Made by a program: the position numbers and the translations under genes
Assembly (NCBI GenBank): GCA_950097015.1
Contig: CATNEN010000005.1
Coordinates: forward strand, 558,001-622,000
Source of the DNA: Macrostomum hystrix
Taxonomy: Eukaryota > Animalia > Platyhelminthes
Length of the DNA stretch: 64,000 nt
Direction of reading: 5' to 3'
In this document: positions 1 to 11,900 of the stretch, piece by piece
How the letters are laid out: each line of letters starts with the position of its first letter
How positions within the stretch are numbered: the first letter of the stretch is position 1
The notes under the pieces: generated by a model
Seen by the model: only the letters and a program-made list of their open reading frames with translations
Told to the model about the DNA's origin: nothing
The model's database searches: none

Positions 1-144
1 GGGGGAGAGACAACACACTCTAAGTGCAAGCGCTGCCGCGGGAAAGGGAGGACAAAGAGGGCAGACCGGATAGCGCCAGAGAGGGCGGGCCGGACAGCCA
101 CTCAGTGCCGGGAAAAGGGAGCCACCTAAGCTACGGCTCACTAC

Positions 145-985
145 AGTGAGTGTGAATTGGTGAGCGTGAATTGGTGAGTGTGAATTGGTGAGTGAGAATT
201 GACAAGCGTGAGTTGCTGAGTGAGAATTGACAAGCGTGAATTGGTGAGTGTGAATTGACAAGCATGAATTGGTGAGTGTGAGTTGCTGAGTGAGAATTGA
301 CAAGCGTGAATTGGTGAGTGAGAATTGACAAGCGTGAATTGGTGAGTGAGAATTGACAAGCGTGAGTTGGTGAGTGTTAATTGGTGAGTGTGAATTGGTG
401 AGTGTGAATTGGTGAGCGTGAATTGGTGAGTGTGAATTGGTGAGTGAGAATTGACAAGCGTGAGTTGCTGAGTGAGAATTGACAAGCGTGAATTGGTGAG
501 TGTGAATTGACAAGCGTGAGTTGCTGAGTGTTAATTGGTGAGTGTGAATTGGTGAGTGTGAATTGGTGAGCGTGAATTGGTGAGTGTGAATTGGTGAGTG
601 AGAATTGACAAGTGTGAATTGGTGAGTGTGAATTGACAAGCGTGAATTGGTGCGTGTGAATTGACAAGCGTGAGTTGCTGAGTGAGAATTGACAAGCGTG
701 AGTTGGTGAGTGTGAATTGGTGAGTGAGAATTGACAAGCGTGAGTTGGTGCGTGTGAATTGACAAGCGTGAGTTGCTGAGTGAGAATTGACAAGCGTGAG
801 TTGGTGAGTGTGAATTGGTGAGTGAGAATTGACAAGCGTGAGTTGGTGAGTGTGAATTGACAAGCGTGAGTTGGTGAGTGTGAATTGGTGAGCGTGAATT
901 GGTGAGTGTGAATTGGTGAGTGAGAATTGACAAGTGTGAATTGGTGAGTGTGAATTGACAAGCGTGAGTTGGTGAGTGTGAATCT
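145..985. repeat. Intronic minisatellite (GTGAGTGTGAATTG / GTGAGAATTGACAAGC mosaic units)
   Basis: Directly visible tandem array upstream of the fumarase last exon; explains the repetitive ORFs 131-1189. Confidence 0.95.
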
Positions 986-1121
986 GTCAGTGTGAGTATC
1001 AGTAGCGTGATATTTTAGTGAATATAAATTAGTTACCGGAACTGATAAGTTTGAATCGTGAATCGTTACATTTTCAAGCATAAATAGACAAATATTAAGC
1101 TTTTTCCAAACACGCGCGCAG

Positions 1122-1391
1122 GCTGCTGGCGGTAGCATGATCATGCTAGCCAAAGGCAACAGATCTCGCGCTGTTACAGACGCCTGCAAGAAGCACGGCG
1201 GCTTCTATCTCGGCAGCATCGGCGGTCCGGCTGCCATCCTGGCTCAGAACAGCATCAAGAAGGTGGAAGTGTTGGAATATGCCGAACTAGGCATGGAGGC
1301 AGTCTGGCGAGTGCAAGTTGAAAACTTTCCAGCCTTCATTGTGGTTGATAATAAGGGCAACGATTTCTTCAAGCAATGGCAGACGGACTAA
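1122..1391 (+). CDS. fumA: Class I (Fe-S) fumarate hydratase, terminal exon
   Basis: Acceptor GCGCAG|1122. [42 protein letters not shown]...[10 protein letters not shown]...[15 protein letters not shown] closely matches the C-terminus of E. coli FumA/FumB. Upstream exons lie outside the window. Confidence 0.93.
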   Translation, partial: AAGGSMIMLAKGNRSRAVTDACKKHGGFYLGSIGGPAAILAQNSIKKVEVLEYAELGMEAVWRVQVENFPAFIVVDNKGNDFFKQWQTD

Positions 1392-1902
1392 CAATAATAT
1401 CCGGTCACCCATTCTGATGATATGACTATAAAAAATGACACAGTTACTATTAATTAACCTGTCAGCCTTTTTTACGAGTAAGTCGCGTTTCGCTTAGAAG
1501 ATTATGAAGAGCAGCTGGCGATTTTATGAAATAATTATCTTGACCTCGGTGTTTCTTTTATTGTCATTATTTTTTTATTAAAAAGACTTTGTCGTCTTAG
1601 TTTGGTTTGTAATAAAAAAAGTTTTTGTCTACTTTTAGTAGCATAGTCTCGTTAAAATTGCTTTGAATTAAAGCGATGATAGTGAAAAAGGATTGTTGTT
1701 TAAAGGCGCAATGAAATCTTTCAAAGGAAACATATTTTCTGAAAGTAAAAATGCTCAATAAATATGAGTGGCTTTAATTTTCTCTGTCTTAAACCAAGGT
1801 AGATTTTTAATTCTAATGTCGTCAATTGTCGTAACCATTGCTTGTTAGCTTCAAATTTTTCTTTAACCAATATAGTTTTTGAGATTTGCTAGATCAAGAC
1901 TC

Positions 1903-2072
1903 TCTAGATCTCTAGATCAAGATTTTCTAGGTTTCTAGATTAAGACTCTCTAGATCTCTAGATTAAGACTCTCTAGATCTCTAGATTAAGATTTTCTAGG
2001 TTTCTAGATTAAGATTCTCTAGATCTCTAGATTAAGATTCTCTAGATCTGTAGATCCAGATTCTCTAGATTC
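1903..2072. repeat. Minisatellite ~22 bp (TCTAGATTAAGACTC...)
   Basis: Visible tandem units. Confidence 0.85.
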
Positions 2073-2481
2073 ATATCTTGCACTTGTAAGATTCGTCTTT
2101 AGACTCGAAGTATACCAGCCGCTCGGTCACCTTTGTCATCCTGCACAAATTTTCCGCTTGTTAATTTTGTTTAGTCGCATCGCTAAGTGTACCCAGTTTA
2201 CTGTAGCAAATAGCTTTTCGTCGCATTAGATGTAGGCGTGCGCGTCATTTTGTAAAGTTATTCTAGAGAAAAAATGTGAAAAAAATATATAATTTGTTCT
2301 TTTTTCTCGCCCATTTTCGTGTCAATTTTTTTATGATCGTTCTTACTTCATATTTTAAAATATGCAAAACTAGTGCATAGTGTTTGTCCTAATTAGACTA
2401 CTTACAGTAGAAATAAGCAAATACGAGTATGAGTACATTTTATGGCCTGATTAAAAAAACGTGTCACAATAATTTCTCCAG

Positions 2482-5455
2482 TCTCATTACGCGGGCATCG
2501 TCAGCGGCGTCGGAGGAGTCGGTGGCAGCGCGGGACAGAACACAAACAGCAACAGCAGCAGCAGCAGTGTCGGCGGCGGCGGTAGCGTCGGCGGCCCCAA
2601 ACGCAAAGAGATTTACAAATATGAAGCTCCTTGGCCAGTTTACAGCATGAACTGGTCGTCTAGGCCGGACAAAGGCTTTCGACTGGCTCTTGGATCATTT
2701 GTCGAGGAATATAATAACAAAGTACAGGTTTGTACAAATTGACTTTTTTATTGTTTTATCTTTTTTGTTTCGCCACACGGTTAAGGACACAAATTGACAA
2801 GTATCCAGACACTGATATTGACAGTTAATTACTAACTATAAAATAAAAAAATTACAGACCCCATGATTGACAAGTTGCAGGCCCTAATTGACAAGCTAGA
2901 TACACTGATGTTGACATTTTACAGACAGATTGGCACTGAAATCGACAGTTACAGACACTGAAATTGACAACTAGAGACACTGAAATTTACAGCTAGAGAC
3001 ACTGAAATCGACACTTACAGACACTGAAATTGACAGCTAGAGACACTGAAATTGACAGTTACAGACACTGAAATTGACAGTTACAGGCACTAAATATGAC
3101 AGTTACAGGCACTAAATATGACAGTTACAGGCACTAAATATGACAGTTACAGGCACTAAATATGACAGTTACAGGCACTGAATATGACAGTTACAGACAC
3201 TGAATATGACAGATACAGACACTGAAATTGACAGTTACAGACGATGAAATTGACAGTTACAGACAGTGAAATTGACTCATTCGCTCCCAATCACCAGGTG
3301 GTCTGCATGGAAGACGACAGGCTGACGCCAAAGTGCGTATTCGATCATCCCTATCCAACTACGAAGGTCATGTGGCTTCCTGACTCCAAGGGCACTGCAG
3401 CCTGTCAGGCCGACCTTCTGGCTACCAGCGGCGACTATCTGAGGGTCTGGCGCATTGGCGACAATGAAGCCAAACTGGAATGCCTGCTGAATAACAACAA
3501 GAACTCGGACTTCTGCGCACCGCTGACCTCGTTTGATTGGAATGAAACTGATCCTAGCATTATTGGCACTGCGTCTATTGACACCACCTGTACTATCTGG
3601 GGCCTGGAGGTGAGACTGCACTAATTCTCTAGATCCAGATTATCTAGATACTGATTCTATAGATACCGATTCTCTAAATACCGGTTCTCTAGATAACGAT
3701 TCTCTAGACACTGATTCTATAGATACCGATTCTATAGATACCGATTCTCTAGATACCGATTCTCTAGATACCGATTCTCTAGACACTGATTCTATAGATA
3801 CCGATTCTGTAGATACCGATTCTATAGATACCGATTCTCTAGATATTTATTATTATACATTTTTTATTCCTAATATCCTAGATCCCCATTTCCCAGATGC
3901 CAATTTCCAGATCCCGATTTCCCAGATCCTAATTTCCTAGATTTTTTTTTCTAGATCCCAATTTTCTATATTTAATTTTACAAAGATAATTTACTAGATC
4001 CTATTTTTAATCCCATTTTTAATAGCAATTTTTTCGATCCCAATTTCCTGGATCCCAATCTCCTGTATCCCAATTTCCTGGATCCCAATTTCCTGGATCC
4101 CAATTTCCTAGATCCCAATTTCCTAGATCCCAATTTCCTAGATTCAGATTCCCATCTAACAAGCTTCCCCTCGTCGAATCCCAGACCGGGCAAGCCATCA
4201 GTCGAGTTGTGAGCGGCCACGTTAAAACTCAACTAATCGCTCACGACAAAGAGGTCTACGACATTGCATTCAGTCGTCAGGGCAACGGGCGCGATCTGTT
4301 TGCCAGCGTCGGCGCCGACGGTTCGGTGCGGATGTTCGACCTGCGCCATCTGGAGCATTCCACCATCATCTATGAGGATCCGAATCGAGGAGCACTGCTC
4401 CGACTGGCATGGAATAGGCAGGATCCCAATTATTTGGCCACATTCTCTAACGATTCTAACGAAGTGGCGCTATTGGACACCAGAGTGCCCTGCATGCCAG
4501 TGGCTAAACTGTCCAATCACAGGGCCTGCGTTAATGGCTTGGCTTGGGCGCCGCATTCGCCTAAGCATATCTGCACCGCTGGTTAGTGCGCAAATTGCTC
4601 TACTTAAAGTAGCGTGACGTTTAATTTTTCTAGTATCCACTTTTTTAATCTAGATAACGGAATTTGTAAACAAATAGCATACGATAAAAAGTGGTGTCCC
4701 ATTTAAGTACACATAATAGGCAGTTTTGTAAATATGTTCAAAATATGTACACTATTTGGGCCACAGTATTCATGTACAATATATGTACACTAATTGGGCT
4801 ACAGTATTCATGTTCAATATATGTACACTGATTGGGCCTCAGTATTCATGTACAATATATGTACACTAATTGGGCTACAGTATTCATGTTCAATATATGT
4901 ACACTGATTGTGCCACAGTATTCATGTACAATATATGTACACTAATTGGGCCACAGTATTCATGTACAATATATGTACACTGATTGGGCCACAGTATTCA
5001 TGTACAATATATGTACACTGATTGGGCCACAGTATTCATGTACAATATATGTACACTGATTGCCACAGTATTCATGTACAATATATGTACACTAATTGGG
5101 CCACCGTATTTATGTACAATATATGTACACTACTTGGGCCACCGTATTTATGTACAATATATGTGCGTTTTTTGGGCCACAATAATTATGTAAGAAATAT
5201 GTACATAGCAAGATTGGCCGCAATAGATAGTTAAATGTTATTAGGTTGCACAATCTGCACCCAAAGTATTTCCCAACCCCAGGCGACGATCACCAAGCCC
5301 TTATCTGGGACATCCAATCGGTGCCCCGGCCAGTTGACGATCCGATTCTGGCGTACACGGCAGCCGGCGAAATCAATCAGGTACAATGGGGCGGCCTACT
5401 GACAGATTGGATCGCAATTTGCTACAACAACTGCTTGGAGGTGCTGCGCGTGTGA
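2482..5455 (+). CDS. DCAF7: DCAF7/WDR68/AN11 WD40 scaffold, 4 exons (2482-2727, 3298-3609, 4185-4581, 5283-5455)
   Basis: [12 protein letters not shown]...[15 protein letters not shown] | FDHPYPTTK...[12 protein letters not shown]...[19 protein letters not shown] | [20 protein letters not shown] | [10 protein letters not shown]...[15 protein letters not shown]. All junctions are GT-AG and phase-compatible. There is no in-frame ATG before the conserved N-terminus (in-frame TAA at 2470). Confidence 0.96.
2930..3275. repeat. 22-bp minisatellite in DCAF7 intron 1 (ACAGACACTGAAATTGACAGTT)
   Basis: Visible tandem units. Confidence 0.9.
3630..4150. repeat. Two adjacent short-unit minisatellites in DCAF7 intron 2 (AGATACCGATTCTCT-type; GATCCCAATTTCCTA)
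   Basis: Visible tandem units at 3630-3845 and 3885-4150. Confidence 0.9.
4744..5170. repeat. 38-39-bp minisatellite in DCAF7 intron 3
   Basis: ATATGTACACTAATTGGGCCACAGTATTCATGTACAAT units. Confidence 0.9.
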
Positions 5456-5694
5456 CCCTAACGGCCCCTAATTTAACTCTGCTTTGTGACGGCAGTTATC
5501 GTTTTTATAGGTTTTTTAACGGTGCTTTTTTGGTTTGATGACAGCCTTATTTTCAGTTGGTGAATCAAATAGTTTTCTTGTACCAACAGTGTACTAGAAA
5601 ATGATTGCTGTACACTATGTACACTATTGAAAGTGCTGTACACTTGTACTATAAATATCGACTTGGTCAGGAATGCACATGAAACTGTACTCTT

Positions 5695-6268
5695 GTACAT
5701 TTACCCTAGACTTCAACAGCAATGTAAAGGAGTGTACAAGAACTGTACACTTGTACATTTGCCCTAGACTTCAACAGCAATGTGAAGGAGTGTACAAGAA
5801 CTGTACACTTGTACATTTGCCCTAGACTTCAACAGCAATGTAAAGGAGTGTACAAGAACTGTTCACTTGTACATTAACCCTAGACTTCAACAGCAATGTA
5901 ATGGAGTGTACAAGAACTGTTTACTTGTACATTAACCCTAGACTTCAACAGCAATGTAAAGGAGTGTACAAGAACTGTTCACTTGTACATTAACCCTAGA
6001 CTTCAACAGCAATGTAATGGAGTGTACAAGAACTGTTCACTTGTACATTAACCCTAGACTTCAACAGCAATGTAATGGAGTGTACAAGAACTGTTCACTT
6101 GTTCATTAACCCTAGACTTCAACAGAAATGTAATGGAGTGTACAAGAACTGTACACTTGTACATTAACCCTAGACTTCAACAGCAATGTAATGGAGTGTA
6201 CAAGAACTGTACACTTGTAAATTAACCCTAGACTTCAACAGCAATGTAAAGGAGTGTACAAGATCTGT
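5695..6268. repeat. 58-bp minisatellite, ~10 copies, downstream of DCAF7
   Basis: CCCTAGACTTCAACAGCAATG recurs at 58-bp spacing. Confidence 0.92.
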
Positions 6269-8479
6269 CTTGGCGTCTAACTACACGTGACGTATTAAAC
6301 TGACAACCAACTGACAGAGTCACTATGCATTGAGTTTTACAGTTTGCACCGGATGGGGTAGTGTAGAACTAAAGTGAAGTTTGGAATTATTTTTTGTTCA
6401 AGTTTCTAACAATGCGTAGCTTTTCAACATAAAATTGGCATCATTTCGCTTTCTATGTGTCTTGTTTGCCTCGAGTCTCTTCCTAGTACTACGGTTATAT
6501 ATTGATATATATTATAATTAACTATTTCGCAGCCTACAAAGTAATTTTTTACAATCGAGAATTGCTTAAAATTCGTTTTTGCGCTAATGGCAACCTTCTC
6601 ACTTCAGTCAATTTATATAAAATTATATTTATTATGCGCCTCCCAATATTTATCGTCCAACCACAATTTGGCGTGTTTTCGTTGTAAATAAATATCTATT
6701 GCTTGCAACTTTTGTATCATTTTGACGTTATGTATATTGCTTCAGTCACAAATTTATAAAGCTTTTTAACAAAAAATTACTGGTTGTTTCACAACCATGT
6801 GCTGCTATATATTATTTTTATATCGATTGCAAATGTGTTAATGTGTTAAAATGTGTACTTTTTTCTGTCGTTAGCCACAAACGTGAACTAAGTTGACTAA
6901 AAATGCAGTACTCTTACCATCTAGCTCGAGTTTTACTGTCGATTAAGAAGTTGCTTTATCACAAAAAACGGTTTCAAATAATATTATAAACTCCAATGAA
7001 AAGGCAAAACAATCAACATTGAGACGAATGAACTACTAGCTATCTTGAAGCTTACATTTTAAAAGTAAACATCGAATGCCTGCATCCTTTAGAAAAAGTA
7101 AAACTACGAGCTCATAAGAAAAATCACAATTGATTGTGAAAATTTTCTACAGAGAGAACGATGAACAATATGCTGAGCAACAGTAAGTATTTTGAATACC
7201 ACAAAGAGTATAAAGCATGTACTGGGTCTATTTTAGGACTGTATTATTACTTTGATGTTATTAAATTAATTAAAAAAGAAAACTAGGTCACCTGACAGGT
7301 TATATCAACTGCTATGATATTCAAGAATAATATAACCAACCTCAATATGTAATTAAAAGAGATTCGTGGTGAAGTTACGCACCGGAGTTTCAACACATTA
7401 TAACAATTTTAGCTACGTTTATACACTCTTCATAGTTTTTACAAAAAAGCAAAGGCGGCGAATAAGAATAAAAAATAAACAAATATAAATAGTTTTTGAG
7501 ATATTTTGGTCGAAAAAATAGCAGTATTTAACTATCGTTGTTTTCATGACATTTATCGTGTTTTTATTGAAAAGTGTACAAAATATAAGCTTGTAAAATT
7601 GCTGCAATGCAAAATCGAAGACGAAAGAGTAAAATTTAGCAATAACAACATATATAATTTTACAAAAACGTTCTTAATTTTTTTTTTATTTTCTTGCACG
7701 CTATTAAATTGCAGTACAATGCTATGGTAATCAGTATTTTTTTATTTTTAGTGATTATAAAGAATATAAAGAAGAAAGATTATAAAAATGCCACAAATAC
7801 TTGTTTACTTAAGATAGTTCCTAACTTATGAAATAAAGCTTCTAAATTGAACTATAAGGGCTATCCAATTGAACTATATTGAAATATAAAGTTGTTTAAC
7901 AATTTTTTTTTAAATGAATAACAGATATTTTGCTTAAATAAATATGTGTTTGCAACATAATTTTGTTACTAAAGCAGAACTTTCAGATGTTCAGAAGCTT
8001 TTTAAAATAAAGTTAAGACAAAATTAAATATAACTCTGCTAATTAGAAAAGGAACGAGTACAAGATCGAATGTTGTTCAGGGTCATAGCTCAGGTTTTGT
8101 TTTGAAAAAACTAGAAAACATATTTCATTATAACTATATTATTTATAGGAATTTATACATTTATGTCATTGCTAGAGGCAGCCAGTATTTTATTGTAAAC
8201 TTGTATTTCGATTAAGCTTCAGATGGCTACATTGTAATTTTCTTTAATTCATAATGAAAGTGAGCGCAGATTGTAGCTGACGTTTTAACTAATTTTAGTT
8301 ATATTAGAAAATAAACATTTATTTAAAAACGAATAAATACTTCCATTGTTTCACAATAAATTTTAATATTCATTCATTTTCATTCGTAAATGTAGTATTG
8401 CAGTACGAGATATTTTATGTTATAATTTCTTGGTAAGATCCTAAGTAATATTAGGATGGACTACTGGAACATCATTTGG

Positions 8480-8712
8480 AGGTAATTCTATCCATTCCGC
8501 TGACTCCCGAGCATACAGGCCCACGGACACCACACGGACACCACACTCTCACGAATTCGAAAATCTGCCCTGACTTTCTCATCTTCCGCCTGTGTTAATT
8601 CTTACTGGGCTTTGAAGGTTTGACTCTCAAAGGATTCAATTGCACAACAAGCCCCCCCCAAACAAAGCCTTCTCTCCGCGGCAGCATCTAAAATTAATGT
8701 GGCCCTTGATGC
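8480..8712 (-). mobile_element. tRNA-headed SINE family, 5'-truncated copy
   Basis: Reverse complement contains GCCGCGGAGAGAAGGC...GGGGCTTGTTGTGCAATT...AGAAAGTCAGGGCAGAT...GGAGTCAGCGGAATGGA, shared with 15765-15955 and 59392-59751. Confidence 0.75.
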
Positions 8713-8906
8713 AGAGCAAGATTAAAAAATCCTTATTAGATAATACAAGTGTATTGAATACTAAGAATTATGAATTTAATAAATTATTTTTGTATTTAAT
8801 ATATCGTATTTTTCTATTTCCAAAACCTTCGTTCTTTTCAGCAACATTGTTATATTATAAAGTTACTAAAATCCGCAGTAGCACACACGCACAAATTTTC
8901 TAAAAA

Positions 8907-11900
8907 ATGCCACCCGAAATCGCTCTAATCACCATACCGTTGCTGGTTCTGTCAATTTCTAATCGATGCGTCGCCCCACCCCCGGACCTGTTACACATCG
9001 GCGCCCTATTCCCGATGTCCGGCGACTGGGCTGGCGGGGTCGCCTGCTGGCCGGCTGTTGAAATGGCTCTTCAAAGTGTGAACGAGCATCCGCAGATTCT
9101 GCCGGACTATCAGCTTGTGCTGCATCCGCAGGACAGCCAGTGCGACCCTGGCCTTGGGGCTAGAAAAATGTACGAGCTACTCTACCAGCCTAGCAACAAT
9201 AGCAGAGTCGTCACCCTGCTAACTGGCTGCTCAACTGTATCAACCTACGTTGCCCAGGCAGCTCACATGTGGAATCTGGTTGTGCTCAGTTATGGCAGCA
9301 GCTCTCCGGCTTTGTCCGATCGAAATCGGTTCCCGACATTCTTTCGCACTCATCCCAGTGCAGCTCTGAACAATCCGACTAGACTCAAGCTGTTGCAGCG
9401 CTATAACTGGAGTCGAGTGTTCGTGTTGCGATCCAACGAGGAAGTGTTCGCCTCGACGGCTAGGGATCTGGAACAATTGCTTAGGCGGCACAACTGCAGT
9501 GTCATGACCGAGATTGTGTTTGACGCTGGTCAGGCTATTAAACAGCTCAAGAGCAAGGAGGCCAGGTTAGACTCTGCTTCACTTGCAGCTTCTCTTCATA
9601 AGCTCTTTACATTGCTCTTTACTCTTTACATAAGCTTCTTTACAACTTCTCTGATTCTTTACAACTTTCTCTGATTCTTTACAACTTCTCTGATTCTTTA
9701 CAACTTTCTCTGATTCTTTACAACTTCTCTGATTCTTTACAACTTCTCTGATTCTTTACAACTTCTCTGATTCTTTACAACTTTCTCTGATTCTTTACGA
9801 CTTCTCTGATTCTTTACAACTTCTCTGATTCTTTACAACTTTCTCTGATTCTTTACAACTTCTCTGATTCTTTACAACTTCTCTGATTCTTTACAACTTC
9901 TCTGATTCTTTACAACTTTCTCTGATTCTTTACGACTTCTCTGATTCTTTACAACTTCTCTGATTCTTTACGACTTCTCTGATTCTTTACAACTTCTCTG
10001 ATTCTTTACAACTTTCTCTGATTCTTTACAACTTTCTCTGATTCTTTAAAACTTTCTCTGATTCTTTACAACTTTCTCTGATTCTTTACAACTTTCTCTG
10101 ATTCTTTACAACTTTCTCTGATTCTTTACAACTTTCTCTGATTCTTTAAAACTTTCTCTGATTATTTACAACTTCTCTGATTCTTTACAACTTTCTCTGA
10201 TTCTTTACGACTTCTCTGATTCTTTACAACTTTCTCTGATTCTTTACAACTTTCTCTGATTCTTTACAACTTCTCTGATTCTTTACAACTTTCTCTGATT
10301 CTTTACAACTTTCTCTGATTCTTTACAACTTCTCTGATTCTTTACAACTTCTCTAATTCTTTTAAACTTTTCTCTGATTTTTTACAACTTCTCTGATTCT
10401 TTTAAACTTTTCTCTGATTCTTTACAACTTTCTCTGATTCTTTACGACTTCTCTGATTCTTTACAACTTTCTCTGATTCTTTACAACTTTCTCTGATTCT
10501 TTACAACTTCTCTGATTCTTTACAACTTTCTCTGATTCTTTACAACTTCTCTGATTCTTTACAACTTTCTCTGATTCTTTAAAACTTTCTCTGATTATTT
10601 ACAACTTCTCTGATTCTTTTAAACTTTTCTCTGATTCTTTACAACTTCTCTGATTCTTTACAACTTCTCTGATTCTTTGCAACTTACAACTTCAGTAATT
10701 TATTCCTACCGAGAAAGTTTTTTGTCACAACTTTTCCAATTGATTTTGGCAGCAATTAGTCACTCGGAAACTTTTCGACTATCTTTAAACATTTTACAAC
10801 TTCACTAATTAACTAAATACTGTTTCTACATTCATTTAAAACCAACACATTAACTTTAGAATCATTATCGGTCTATTTTACGATCCACTGGCTCGTCAGA
10901 TCTTCTGTCAAGCCTACAAACAGGTATTAGAAATAAAGCGTTTAAATTTAAAGAAAGACGGACAACAAGTTTAAATTCGCGCCAAATTTCAGGGCCTATT
11001 CGGTCCGCGCTATCAGTGGCTGCTGATTGGCTGGTATTCGGACGATTGGTACCTGAAATGGTCGCCAGCCGAGCGGGTCAATTGCACGCCAGACGAAATG
11101 TCTATGGCCGTGGACCTGCACGTGACCACAGAGAGTATGACTTGGAACGAACTGGACCAGCCAACTTATTCGGGAATTGTAAGTTCAAGAATTGTTCAGG
11201 TGAAACGCAATAATACTATATATGTCCTACACTACCAATTTAATATAGACAGCCAGGGAATTTCAAAATCGCCTACTGGAACGTCTGGGCAAGAATCGCA
11301 GCGACATTGGTAGCATCCAAGGCTTCCCTGAGTCGCCATTCGCATACGACGCCGTGTGGGCTCTGGCACTGGCTATGCACACTGCCGAGGCCAGGTTTGT
11401 TCTTAGCTGGCTATTTTGACGCAATATTCAAACCACACTACTTGTAAGTAGGCAAGCTCTGCCAATCTTCTGCGGTCAATGGAGGACAGCTCTCCCGTGT
11501 CTCATCTCTCCGTGTTTTATATCTCCCGTGTCTCATCTCTCCCGTGTTTTATATCTCCCGTGTCTCATCTCTCCCGTGTCTCATCTCTCCCGTGTCTCAT
11601 CTCTCCCGTGTCTCATCTCTCCCGTGTCTTCTATCTCCCGTTTCTCATCTCTCCCGTGTCTCATCTCTCCCGTGTCTCATCTCTCTCGTGTCTCATCTCT
11701 CCCGTGTCTCATCTCTCCCGTGTCTTCTATCTCCCGTTTCTCATCTCTCCCGTGTCTCATCTCTCCCGTGTCTTATATCTCCCGTGTCTCATCTCTCCCG
11801 TGTCTTATATCTCCCGTGTCTCATCTCTCCCGTGTCTTATATCTCCCGTGTCTCATCTCTCCCGTGTCTCATCTCTCCCGTGTCTCATCTCTCCCGTGTC

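Noticed and set aside
131-1189. Several 66-270 aa ORFs with periodic THQFTL sequence
   Set aside because: Translations of a stop-poor minisatellite within the fumarase intron
1122-1391. Bacterial contamination as the source of the fumA-like and tRNase Z genes
   Set aside because: The fumarase exon has a spliceosomal acceptor and an intronic satellite; the tRNase Z genes are interleaved with RCE1, TIMM9 and CCS
6300-8450. AT-rich short ORFs between DCAF7 and GABBR1
   Set aside because: Compositionally biased, with no motifs; likely intergenic or very old TE debris
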